Below are positions 1-8,781 of a stretch of DNA of 17,638 nt, piece after piece (within the stretch, counting starts at the first letter, position 1; every line of letters begins with the position of its first letter). The DNA is from Methanoregula sp. (GTDB lineage: Archaea; Halobacteriota; Methanomicrobia; Methanomicrobiales; Methanospirillaceae): the NCBI GenBank assembly GCA_039698055.1, contig JBDKTL010000006.1, forward strand, positions 1 through 17,638. Reading direction: 5' to 3'. The translations under genes were made by a program, and so were the position numbers. Under the pieces are notes generated by a model. The model was not told where the DNA came from. It saw nothing but the letters and a program-made list of their open reading frames with translations, and made no database searches.

Positions 1-127
1 AGCACTCAAAGCCCGCAAATACCGACTTCAGATCAAGGAAATTAAAATCAAAATCATCCTCTACAATATCTCAAAATTGATCTCTTCTTTGTCATTCCTT
101 ATTTTCATTGAGGAATTCTACAGAGCC
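1..127 (+). mobile_element. Right end of an IS5-family (IS903-like) insertion sequence, truncated by the window start
   Basis: Frame 2 from base 2 reads ALKARKYRLQIKEIKIKIILYN...EEFYRA, resembling the C-terminus of methanogen IS5-family DDE transposases. The segment ends in GAATTCTACAGAGCC (113-127); its reverse complement GGCTCTGTAGAATTC resembles the GGC-starting IS903-group terminal inverted repeat. The partner IR is outside the window. Confidence 0.75.
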
Positions 128-241
128 TATTTTCGCATTTTTTATAAAAAGAATATGGGGAATATACGATTGCAATTCCACGACCGCAATAATAATTTTC
201 CTGGCACCCTTGAAAATACCAATCAAAAAACAGTTACCTAA
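2..241 (+). CDS. IS5-family transposase, C-terminal fragment (5' partial); stop codon lies in flanking DNA
   Basis: Frame is open from 2 to TAA at 239-241 (manual translation). It is absent from the ORF track because the start is outside the window. Confidence 0.7.
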   Translation, partial: ALKARKYRLQIKEIKIKIILYNISKLISSLSFLIFIEEFYRAYFRIFYKKNMGNIRLQFHDRNNNFPGTLENTNQKTVT

Positions 242-284
242 AAAAAACAGGATTTGTTCAGGAGATCTGCAAAGCATCTCACAA

Positions 285-1163
285 TTATTGTAAAATTACA
301 CTAATTTCCTCTTTGAACGTACATAGTCCCACCCGTTGAATAGTTTCACCCAGCCGCTCCCGGGGTTTTCCCTCCCGCCGGTAAAACTCAAGGCAGCAAT
401 CCAGTAAGGTAAAAGCTGTTTTCGTATCGACAAACTCTGCGATCTTGTGGCCAAGCACCGGGTGGCGTCCCATCTTTCCCCCGGCATAGACCGCAAGACC
501 CGATCGTTTCAGGACCAGTGCCTTTGTCGGGCAGACGGTAATGCAATCCCCGCATTGTATACAGCTGCGCTTATCAATTTTTATCTTGTTAGCTACGAAG
601 GTGATGGCCCTCTCTTTACAGATTTTCAGGCATTTTTTACACGAGATGCAATCCGGAGCATTCCAGCCCGGCTCAGCCATGCCGGCAAAGCCCACATCGT
701 TTTCCCGGGGTTTGGTGCAGGAGTTGGGACACCCTGAAACGGCAATCTTGAATTTATGCGGTGCCTCCCCACCGAAATACCGGCTGTCGAGTTCCCTGCC
801 AAATTCCTGGGCATCGATGATCCCATGGCGGCAGACAAGGTTACCCGGGCAGGCAGTAATGACCCGTACGCGGGGGCCGGATGCCCCGAATGTAAACCCG
901 TGCGAGGTCAGATCTTTTTTGGCACGCGGAATATTTTTGGAAAGAACCCATGGGATCTCCACACCCTGCCGGGTTGTCAGGTGCAGTTCTCCGTGCCCGT
1001 ATTTTTTTGCGATCTTTGCTAACAGGGGGAGTTGTTCTGCCGTGACGTGACCACAGGGAATCCTGATGCGGAGAATGGAGTAATCATCCTGCCGCTGCCG
1101 TATCGACCCCCCCACATCGATACAATCGGGGGTCGCTGCCGTTTCTTTGGGGGATTTTTTCAT
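285..1163 (-). CDS. Siroheme/[4Fe-4S] sulfite/nitrite reductase-like protein with 2x[4Fe-4S] ferredoxin domain (Dsr-LP / AsrC-like)
   Basis: NIR/SIR half-domain motif (LHLTTRQGVEI), CX5C (CPGNLVC) and KFKIAVSGCPNSC siroheme-cluster motifs, ferredoxin motifs CISCKKC..C and CIQCGDC..CP, and C-terminal GGKMG and RERLG. ATG at 1163 is preferred over GTG at 1172. Confidence 0.88.
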   Translation of the reverse strand: MKKSPKETAATPDCIDVGGSIRQRQDDYSILRIRIPCGHVTAEQLPLLAKIAKKYGHGELHLTTRQGVEIPWVLSKNIPRAKKDLTSHGFTFGASGPRVRVITACPGNLVCRHGIIDAQEFGRELDSRYFGGEAPHKFKIAVSGCPNSCTKPRENDVGFAGMAEPGWNAPDCISCKKCLKICKERAITFVANKIKIDKRSCIQCGDCITVCPTKALVLKRSGLAVYAGGKMGRHPVLGHKIAEFVDTKTAFTLLDCCLEFYRREGKPRERLGETIQRVGLCTFKEEISVILQ

Positions 1164-1569
1164 AAGAATCACCGGTTACCAGTACAATCGCACTATTCTT
1201 CTATTTTGTTGGATCAGGTTACCCTTGTCCCTACAGGTTCTTTTTTTTATTCAGGCAAACCGTCATTTCCCCCATACCCAAATCGTAAATTTATGTTCAT
1301 TGCCTGCACTAATGAATGGTTATCCTCATCCGTTTGCAAAGAAGGTATTCCCGTGGGGATACACACAGAGAGAGAGAGGATGAAGCACCAATTTCGCGTT
1401 GTTTTATTTTTGTCTCGTGCCCGGACTGGCAGGAGGGATGATTCCTCAAAGGTAAAAAGGCCAGCTTTTTAAGATGAGCGGGCAAAAACATCGCCGTATG
1501 ATGATAATTATATTGTGTCAGGAAGAGATCTGATACTAAGAACCTGAATTTTTAGAGATGTGATCGATA

Positions 1570-3303
1570 GTGATACAGGGTAATAAGGACGTATTTGAAA
1601 ACGTCATGGATCTCGCCAAGCGCCGGGGTTTTATCTGGCCGACGTCCGAGTGCTACGGTGCGGTGGCAGGGTTTATCGATTATGGTCCGCTGGGTGCGAT
1701 GATGAAACGGCGGATCGAGAATATCTGGCGGCAGTTTTACGTCATCCAGGAAGGCTATTACGAGATCGAGTGCCCCACTATCGCACAGGAATCCGTGTTT
1801 ATCGCTTCGGGACACGTGAAGGGATTTTCCGACAAGATGTGCCAGTGCCCGCACTGTAAGGAATATCTCCGGGCTGACCATGTTGCCGACGGGGGCGGTG
1901 TCACGGGTGCTGCAACCATGACCAACGAGCAGCTTTCCGCGGCAATTGCACCCTGTAAATGCCCGGCATGCGAGGAAGTGCTGGGAAAAGTCGACGTGTA
2001 TAACTTCAACCTGATGTTCCAGACCTCCATTGGCCCCGGTTCCCAGCGGGTGGGCTACCTGCGCCCGGAAACCGCACAGGGCATGTTTGTGGATTTTGCC
2101 CGGCTGCTCCGGTTCTACCGCGACAAACTGCCGTTTGGCGCCGTGCAGATCGGCAAATCATACCGGAACGAGATCTCACCGCGACAGGGGATGATCCGGC
2201 TCCGGGAGTTCACGCAGGCAGAAGCAGAGATCTTTGTCCACCCGAATGAGAAGAACCGGCACCCGAAGTTCTCCCGCTACGCGGCATACAGGATGCCGCT
2301 GCTCACCTACGTCCACCAGCAGAAATGCGAACCGCCCATCGAAATGACCATGAGGGAAGCAGTTGATAACGGCATCATCGCCAACGAATATCTCGCGTAC
2401 TATGTTGCCCTCACCCATCACCTGCTTGTCACGATCGGCATCAAACCGGAAAGACTCCGGTTCCGCCAGCATCTCCCCGATGAGCGGGCGCATTATGCAA
2501 CCGACTGCTGGGATGCAGAAGTATTCTCGGACCGGTTCGGCTGGGTGGAAACCGTCGGCCTTGCAGATCGTACAAATTACGACCTGAACGCCCATGCAAA
2601 GCAGAGCGGGACGCCTATGACGGTTTTCATCCAGTACGACACCCCGCAGAAAGTGGAGCGCCGCCGGATCATCCCGAACATGAGCGTGCTTGGCAAACAA
2701 TACCGGCAGAAAGCAAAAGCGGTCTTTGAGGCGCTTGAGAAGGCGACCCCGACGGCGGATGGCGCGGATGTTGAAGTGGACGGCGAGAAGATCCACATCC
2801 CCGCAGACCTGTTTGAAGTCCGGGATGAAGTGATCGATATCCGGGGCGAGGAGATCGTCCCGCACGTCATCGAACCCTCGTACGGCATTGACCGGATGTG
2901 CTACGCGGTGCTCGAACAGGCTTATGACGAGGATACCGCAGACGGCGAAAAACGGGTCGTGCTCCGGCTCTCCCCAAATGTTGCACCGGTGCAGGTCGCG
3001 GTATTCCCGCTGATGACCCGCGACGGACTCGATACGATTGCACAAGAACTTACGCACACGCTCCAGAACGCCGGCATTCTTGCGGAATACGACGATTCCG
3101 GTGCGATTGGCCGGAGGTACCGCCGGCAGGACGAGATCGGCACACCGTTTGCCGTTACCATTGACTATGACACAAAAGAGCAGCACACCGTCACCCTCCG
3201 TGACCGGGACAGTATGAAGCAGGCACGGATTGCGATCGAAAAGATACCGGAAACGCTAAGTGCGCTGATTAAGGGCAACATGAAGTTTGCAGAAATTCAA
3301 TAA
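1570..3303 (+). CDS. glyS: Glycine--tRNA ligase (archaeal/eukaryotic alpha2 type)
   Basis: Motifs AKRRGF, DYGPLG, YLRPETAQG, GKSYRNEISPRQG.IRLREFTQAE, HYATDCWD, VIEPSYGIDR, and anticodon-binding domain IGRRYRRQDEIGTPF. Confidence 0.98.
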   Translation: MIQGNKDVFENVMDLAKRRGFIWPTSECYGAVAGFIDYGPLGAMMKRRIENIWRQFYVIQEGYYEIECPTIAQESVFIASGHVKGFSDKMCQCPHCKEYLRADHVADGGGVTGAATMTNEQLSAAIAPCKCPACEEVLGKVDVYNFNLMFQTSIGPGSQRVGYLRPETAQGMFVDFARLLRFYRDKLPFGAVQIGKSYRNEISPRQGMIRLREFTQAEAEIFVHPNEKNRHPKFSRYAAYRMPLLTYVHQQKCEPPIEMTMREAVDNGIIANEYLAYYVALTHHLLVTIGIKPERLRFRQHLPDERAHYATDCWDAEVFSDRFGWVETVGLADRTNYDLNAHAKQSGTPMTVFIQYDTPQKVERRRIIPNMSVLGKQYRQKAKAVFEALEKATPTADGADVEVDGEKIHIPADLFEVRDEVIDIRGEEIVPHVIEPSYGIDRMCYAVLEQAYDEDTADGEKRVVLRLSPNVAPVQVAVFPLMTRDGLDTIAQELTHTLQNAGILAEYDDSGAIGRRYRRQDEIGTPFAVTIDYDTKEQHTVTLRDRDSMKQARIAIEKIPETLSALIKGNMKFAEIQ

Positions 3304-3351
3304 ATTTTTGATTTAAAAAAAGTTTTACTTGTTTTAGTAATGTGAGTAATC

Positions 3352-3581
3352 CTATTTTTTTATTATAGAATTCCACGATAACGCGAGTCCGAAAAATGCA
3401 ATTCCAATTGTAATCAAAACTATTGGATTGATATTTTTTTTAAACGAGCATTTGAGAATAAATCTTTGGATAAATGAAGCTATAAAAAACCGTAGATCAT
3501 TAAGAACAGCCCACAAAGAGATAGAATTGAAAGATACCAAGGCATCTTGTCCCAAATCATTCGATCCTCAACACTAACCAT
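3352..3581 (-). pseudogene. Possible frameshifted small membrane protein gene
   Basis: ATG at 3581 opens a 33-aa frame with a hydrophobic segment, ending at TAG 3480-3482. An overlapping frame continues with a second hydrophobic segment to stop 3352. The junction falls at a 6-nt homopolymer (3484-3489). Confidence 0.3.
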
Positions 3582-3650
3582 ATTATTTTGGTAATAGAAC
3601 AATTTTGTTAATTTATTGGTCTGAATAAACCGACCGCCCAAAAAAGTATA

Positions 3651-3810
3651 TCGCCAGTGGGGGATGGGGGATTACTGCCTTTACGACTCCACTTAAGATG
3701 CCTGCCGCCGCCCCGAAGGGCGCCCCGCGGCGGCCTCAAATCCCGTACATATCCCGCACCAGTAATTTGCCCCGCCGTGCCCCGCGAGGGGCCCTGATGC
3801 GGGGAGCATT
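3651..3810. repeat. GC-rich palindromic non-coding element (REP/MITE-like repeat or structured ncRNA)
   Basis: Two related GC hairpins (3704-3734 and 3770-3804) plus further complementary segments, embedded in an AT-rich intergenic region. Confidence 0.55.
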
Positions 3811-3912
3811 CGTAATCTTCCTGTCTCTCGAACGGAATTATCATAAAATTCAACTTTCCCCGGGATCATAAATCCATATATTACTCAAGGAAGCCAACCC
3901 ACACATAGGAAC

Positions 3913-6153
3913 ATGAGCCAATTCATCAGCCATCCACTCATCAAACCGGACAGCATCGAGTCGCGGGAGTACCAGCTCTCGATTGCGATGAAGGCGCTGG
4001 ATGCAAATACGATGGTGATCCTGCCAACGGGTCTCGGGAAAACCGCAGTCGCCCTGCTCGTCGCCGCATCCCGGCTCTACAATGAAGGGGGCAGGGTGCT
4101 GATGCTTGCCCCGACAAAGCCGCTGGTGGAACAGCACCTCCGCTTTTTTGAAAAATTTCTCCTTGCAAAAAGTCCTGACGGCTCCTCATCTTCGCCCTTT
4201 GCGATGTTTACCGGCGAATCCCCTTCAGAAGAGCGGACTTTGGACTGGCAGCGGGCACAGGTTATCCTTGCCACACCGCAGGTCATCAAAAACGATCTCA
4301 TCGCGGGCAGGTATACGCTCAACGATGTCACGCTCCTGATTGTCGATGAATGCCACCGGGCTGTCGGCAATTACGCATACGTGTTTCTCGCACAGCGCTA
4401 CCTTGGCACTGCGGCAAAACCGCTTATTCTTGCGATGACCGCATCCCCGGGAGGGGCACAGGAGAAAGTCCAGGACGTCTGTGCAAACCTCGGCATCACC
4501 CATATTGAAAACCGGACCGAAACGGATCCGGATGTGAGCCCGTATGTGTTCGAGCGCGATATTGAGACGGTCCCGGTCGATCTTCCCCCGGAGATCAAGG
4601 CTGCGATACACGCCATCGACCAGCTCATCGGGGACCGGCTGGGACTCCTTGCGTCACTGAATTTCACCGTGCCAAAACGCGATCGGCTCACGATGAAGAC
4701 GCTCGCGGTTATCAACGCCCAGATCCAGCAGCGGATCCAGAACCGGGACCAGACTGCGTATTCTGCGGCGTCGGTCTACGCGGAATGCATGAAACTCCGC
4801 CATGCAGTCACGCTTGCCGAGTCTCAGGGCAGCGACGTGCTCAAAGGCTATATCGCAAAACTGGTGGCGGAGGGCAACAGTGCCGGCGGCAGCAAGGCAA
4901 GCCAGCGGCTGGTAAAAGACCCCATCTTCCGGGAACTCTACGAGCGGACTCTTGGGTGGACCCGGGAACTGCACCCCAAACCGGAAATCGTGTTGGGTCT
5001 TGTCCGCGACCAGCTGGCATCCCACCCGGACAGCCGGATCATCATCTTTGCTACCTACCGGGACACGGTGCAGATTCTTGTTGATTACCTCACGAAAAAC
5101 GGCATCGCCTGCGAACGTTTTGTCGGGCAGGCAACCAAGGATGCCGAAAAGGGGCTCTCCCAGAAAAAACAGATAGCAGCTCTGAGCCGGTTCCGCTCGG
5201 GAGAGTTCAAAGTGCTGATCGCAACTTCTGTCGGGGAGGAAGGACTTGACGTGCCCTCCACTGACATGGTGATCTTCTACGAGGCGGTGCCTTCAGAGAT
5301 CAGGTCCATCCAGCGCAAGGGGCGCACCGGGAGATCGGCAGCGGGCAGGGTCGTTGTCCTTGTCACCAAAGGGACCTCGGACGAAATCTTCAAGTTCGTG
5401 AGCCAGTCAAAAGAACAACAGATGCAAAAGAGCATGCGGAAGATGAGCGGCCAGCCGGTTTCCATCCAGAAACCGGTTGAACCAGATCAGGTAAGCATCG
5501 ACCAGTTCACCCCGCAGGGCCCGAAAATTGTTATCGACGACCGGGAAACCTCGTCAAAAGTTGTTGAAATTCTCTCCGGTATGGGTGCGTCCATCCGGCT
5601 CGAACGTCTCCCGCAGGGCGATTACGCGATTGGCGACCGGATACTCGTGGAGCGCAAGACCGCAAAGGACTTTGTCGATACCCTGATCAACCGTGACCTT
5701 CTCGGGCAGGCAAAAGCAATGGCGGACGCAGTCCCGCGCCCGGTTATGATAATCGAAGGCGGCGACCTGTATACCAAGCGGGATATGCACCCGAATGCAA
5801 TCCGGGGTGTGCTCTCGGCCCTTGCGGTGGATATGGGCATCTCGCTGCTCTTTACCAACGACGAGCAGGACACCGCACAGATGCTCTTTGTGATCGCCAG
5901 ACGGGAGGAAAGCGAGCGGGGCGAGCGCAAGGTCCACCCGCACAAGGTGCAGGGTTCGGTACGTGAGGAACAGGAATATGTCATCTCCGCGTTCCCGGAG
6001 ATCGGGCTGAAGAATGCCCGGTTATTGTTGGGGCATTTTGGATCGGTGCAGGCGATTGTGAATGCAGAGATCTCGGAGATCAGTGCAGTAAAAGGGATTG
6101 GGGAAAAAACCGCTCAAAAAATAGTTGATCTCTGCCGTCGCTCTTACAGCTGA
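3913..6153 (+). CDS. hef: Hef: SF2 (FANCM/Mph1-like) helicase fused to an ERCC4/XPF nuclease and HhH domain
   Basis: Walker A LPTGLGKT, DECH box, MTASPG, ATSVGEEGLDV, QRKGRTGR. C-terminal DDRE..GDY..VERKT ERCC4 motif and tandem HhH (PEIG, KGIGEK). Confidence 0.96.
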   Translation: MSQFISHPLIKPDSIESREYQLSIAMKALDANTMVILPTGLGKTAVALLVAASRLYNEGGRVLMLAPTKPLVEQHLRFFEKFLLAKSPDGSSSSPFAMFTGESPSEERTLDWQRAQVILATPQVIKNDLIAGRYTLNDVTLLIVDECHRAVGNYAYVFLAQRYLGTAAKPLILAMTASPGGAQEKVQDVCANLGITHIENRTETDPDVSPYVFERDIETVPVDLPPEIKAAIHAIDQLIGDRLGLLASLNFTVPKRDRLTMKTLAVINAQIQQRIQNRDQTAYSAASVYAECMKLRHAVTLAESQGSDVLKGYIAKLVAEGNSAGGSKASQRLVKDPIFRELYERTLGWTRELHPKPEIVLGLVRDQLASHPDSRIIIFATYRDTVQILVDYLTKNGIACERFVGQATKDAEKGLSQKKQIAALSRFRSGEFKVLIATSVGEEGLDVPSTDMVIFYEAVPSEIRSIQRKGRTGRSAAGRVVVLVTKGTSDEIFKFVSQSKEQQMQKSMRKMSGQPVSIQKPVEPDQVSIDQFTPQGPKIVIDDRETSSKVVEILSGMGASIRLERLPQGDYAIGDRILVERKTAKDFVDTLINRDLLGQAKAMADAVPRPVMIIEGGDLYTKRDMHPNAIRGVLSALAVDMGISLLFTNDEQDTAQMLFVIARREESERGERKVHPHKVQGSVREEQEYVISAFPEIGLKNARLLLGHFGSVQAIVNAEISEISAVKGIGEKTAQKIVDLCRRSYS

Positions 6154-6539
6154 CAGAGAATGTTGAGCGCTTCACACCCGGTCTTGACCGAGTTCATCAG
6201 GACCTGGCAGTTTTCGGGATCCTTCTCGTCACGGATACGCTGGCACAGCACAAGGATCGTTCCGGCAAGCTCGTCGGCAAGCATCGAACCGTCTTGTGAA
6301 TCGCCACAGGTGCATTCGTGCCCTTCGTGTGCCTCATCTTCGTGGTGCGCGGGCTTGGGGGTGACAGCGGCAGGTTGTATCTCCGCGGCCTGGGCTTCAT
6401 GCTCCGCGCATACGACGCAGAAGGTCTTTTTCTTGTACTCAAAAAGCGGGCAGCCACAGGTTTTGCAGCACTTTTCAAGCATCTTGCCCCCTTTGAGGAG
6501 GTATTCAGCCATAATTTCATCATCTTTTCGTGCGGTCAT
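6144..6539 (-). CDS. UPF0148 / Sjogren's syndrome-scleroderma autoantigen 1 (Auto_anti-p27) family zinc-ribbon protein
   Basis: MAEYLLKGGKML..CC..CGCPLF......FCVVC signature, followed by a C-terminal helical region. Confidence 0.88.
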   Translation of the reverse strand: MTARKDDEIMAEYLLKGGKMLEKCCKTCGCPLFEYKKKTFCVVCAEHEAQAAEIQPAAVTPKPAHHEDEAHEGHECTCGDSQDGSMLADELAGTILVLCQRIRDEKDPENCQVLMNSVKTGCEALNILCQL

Positions 6540-6566
6540 GCAATCACGTCTGTTCTGATATTCAAC

Positions 6567-6592
6567 TTATATATGCCGGTTCCACGTATTAA
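6567..6592. promoter_or_regulatory. Candidate TATA boxes of the divergent UPF0148/UPF0147 promoters
   Basis: TTATATAT (6567-6574) and TATTAA (6587-6592) each lie roughly 27 nt from one of the two divergent start codons, consistent with near-leaderless archaeal transcripts. Confidence 0.35.
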
Positions 6593-6618
6593 CTACAGGT
6601 ACCCGGGAAGATGATACC

Positions 6619-6882
6619 ATGTCAAATCCTGAAAAAACTATGGAAAACTGTATCCTGATGCTTCAGCACATACAGGAAGACAGCACAATCCCCAGAAATA
6701 TCCGGCGCGTTGCAGACGAGACCCGGAACCTGCTGACAAACGATTCCAAAGCGATGGGCTTACGCGCTGCTGAAGCCATATCGAAAATTGATGAAATCTC
6801 CAACGATCCCAACATGCCCATCCATGCACGCACACGGATTTGGGAACTCGTGTCCCAGCTGGAAACGATCCCGCTTGATTAG
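6619..6882 (+). CDS. UPF0147 family protein
   Basis: Signature [10 protein letters not shown]...LL...[25 protein letters not shown]. Confidence 0.93.
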   Translation: MSNPEKTMENCILMLQHIQEDSTIPRNIRRVADETRNLLTNDSKAMGLRAAEAISKIDEISNDPNMPIHARTRIWELVSQLETIPLD

Positions 6883-7071
6883 AAGAAATTTCTTTTCTTT
6901 GTTTTTTATGCCGGTGCAATTGTTGCCGGAAGAGTTCCTGATGGGGGTTGCCTGTAGGGAGAGCATTTTTTCATTTCGTTACGTTGAGGGAGTAATCGCT
7001 TCTGAACAGGATTGCCAGGGAACGGATTGTGTTTTTTTTTAATGTATCTTAAAAAAGGGATTTGATATCAT

Positions 7072-8715
7072 TTACCGCTGGACGGCGCCGAAATTTGCCT
7101 GTTCCACCGTGGCAGCATACCGGGCAAGCACCCCATGGAGCTGCTTTTTTACCGGTTTCCAGTCCTTCTTGCGGGCGTCAAGTATTGCGGCATCGACAAG
7201 GATATCGATCTTTTTCGCAAACAGATCGATTTCGATCTGATCGCCGTCATGGACAAACGCAATCGGGCCACCGATGGCAGCTTCCGGCGCGACATGCCCG
7301 ATGCAGGGTCCGCGGGTCCCACCGGAAAACCGACCGTCTGTTATCAGGACGACGCGTTTGTAGCCAAGACCCATCATCGCCGATGTCGGGGAGAGCATCT
7401 CCGGCATTCCGGGTGCGCCCCGTGGTCCTTCATAGCGGATAATGACAATATCTCCTTCCCGGATCTCCCGGGCAAGAATTGCCTTCATCGCCGGTGTCTC
7501 CCCATCAAAGACCCGGGCAGGTCCGGTATGGCGCCACATATCTTGTGGAACTGCAGCACACTTCACCACCGCGCCGTTTGGGGCAAGCGAACCTGACAAT
7601 ATTTTCAGCCCACCGGCAGCATGAGCCGATTCCTTACAAGAATGAATGATATGCTCATTTTTCACCACCGCATCCTTCGCAATTGACAGGACAGACGTGC
7701 CGGAAACAGACAGGGCGTCATCCAAGTACGGGCTGAGCCGGTTGAGGACTGCCGGAATACCACCGGCGCGGTAGAGTGCCTGCATCGAATGGGGACCGGA
7801 TGGCTGCATATCGCAGATATGCGGGATCTCGTCAGAGATCCGGTTAAAATCAGCAAGTGAAAGCGGAACCTTTGCTTCGGTAGCGATTGCCATGAGATGA
7901 AGGACAGTATTGGTAGAACCGCCCAGCGCCATATCGACGCGGATCGCATTCATCAGGCTTTTTTTCGTGATGATGTTGCGCGGACAGATATTTTTTTTCA
8001 CGAGCGGCAGGATGGCTTCCCCGGTTTCACGGGCAATACGCACTTTGGCGGCATCAACCGCCGGGATTGCCGCGCAGCCGGGAAGGGACATACCCATCGC
8101 CTCGGTCATACATGCCATCGTATTTGCCGTATAGAGCCCCTGGCAGCTGCCGCAACCCGGCATCGCACAGTTCTCCAAATCGCATAATGCCTCATTACTC
8201 ATGGAACCTGCCGCAACCTTCCCGACTCCTTCAAAGACATCGATAAGCGAGCGCTCTGCACCATCCTGGAATCCCGAAAGCATCGCACCGCCGGTCAAAA
8301 TAATCGTGGGGATGTTGGTCCGGGCTGCAGCCATCAGCATGCCCGGAACAATCTTGTCGCAGGTTCCAACACAGACGAGTCCGTCAAACCGGTGTGCTTC
8401 TACCATCAGTTCAATGGAATCGGCAATATTTTCCCGTGACGGCAGGGAGTACCGCATACCGATGTGTCCCATAGCAATGCCGTCACAGATGCCAATCACG
8501 CCAAATTCAAAGGGCACCCCGCCGGCTGCGGCTATGCCTTCCCGCACTTTCTCAGTGAGCTGCCGGAGGTGCGTATGCCCGGGAACAATCGTATTGTAAG
8601 CGTTTGCGATACCGATAAACGGGAGGTCCATCTCCCGCTGCGTGACACCCAGCGATCGCAGCAGCGATCGGTTCGGTGCCCGCTGGTAACCGGTTTTGAC
8701 TTCATCACTCCGCAT
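7072..8715 (-). CDS. ilvD: Dihydroxy-acid dehydratase
   Basis: Motifs [72 protein letters not shown] at 8715 chosen because GGTGA (8724-8728, minus strand) lies 8 nt upstream. Confidence 0.97.
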   Translation of the reverse strand: MRSDEVKTGYQRAPNRSLLRSLGVTQREMDLPFIGIANAYNTIVPGHTHLRQLTEKVREGIAAAGGVPFEFGVIGICDGIAMGHIGMRYSLPSRENIADSIELMVEAHRFDGLVCVGTCDKIVPGMLMAAARTNIPTIILTGGAMLSGFQDGAERSLIDVFEGVGKVAAGSMSNEALCDLENCAMPGCGSCQGLYTANTMACMTEAMGMSLPGCAAIPAVDAAKVRIARETGEAILPLVKKNICPRNIITKKSLMNAIRVDMALGGSTNTVLHLMAIATEAKVPLSLADFNRISDEIPHICDMQPSGPHSMQALYRAGGIPAVLNRLSPYLDDALSVSGTSVLSIAKDAVVKNEHIIHSCKESAHAAGGLKILSGSLAPNGAVVKCAAVPQDMWRHTGPARVFDGETPAMKAILAREIREGDIVIIRYEGPRGAPGMPEMLSPTSAMMGLGYKRVVLITDGRFSGGTRGPCIGHVAPEAAIGGPIAFVHDGDQIEIDLFAKKIDILVDAAILDARKKDWKPVKKQLHGVLARYAATVEQANFGAVQR

Positions 8716-8781
8716 AGTCATATTCACCAGAGAATTGCATCGCATGAGGCATAAAACAATATCAACAATAAAAAGAGCGCA

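Noticed and set aside
1321-1480. SAM-I riboswitch-like words (CTCATC, GATGAAGC, GGAGGGA, AAGATGAG) near a sulfur-related gene
   Set aside because: Order and spacing do not fit the SAM-I consensus (no ATCxAGAG, no GCAACC), and the words lie on the strand opposite the reductase gene.
2176-3186. 336-aa minus-strand ORF and many other overlapping ORFs in the track
   Set aside because: These are antisense or alternative-frame shadows of well-supported genes (glyS, hef, ilvD, cbiA and others) with no recognisable motifs.
3651-3810. SRP RNA, RNase P RNA or CRISPR identity for the GC-rich element
   Set aside because: No SRP helix-8 motif (CCAGG...GGAA...AGCAG), no RNase P GAGGAAAGTCC, and no regularly spaced direct repeats.
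3608-3853. 81-aa minus-strand ORF spanning the GC hairpins
   Set aside because: Its Gly/Arg/Pro-rich composition simply reflects the palindromes, and it has a TTG start. A non-coding explanation is more parsimonious.
6883-7071. Possible C/D-box sRNA between UPF0147 and ilvD (CTGATGG ... CTGA)
   Set aside because: Box C is imperfect and there are no clear D'/C' boxes. The T tracts on both strands are adequately explained as convergent terminators.
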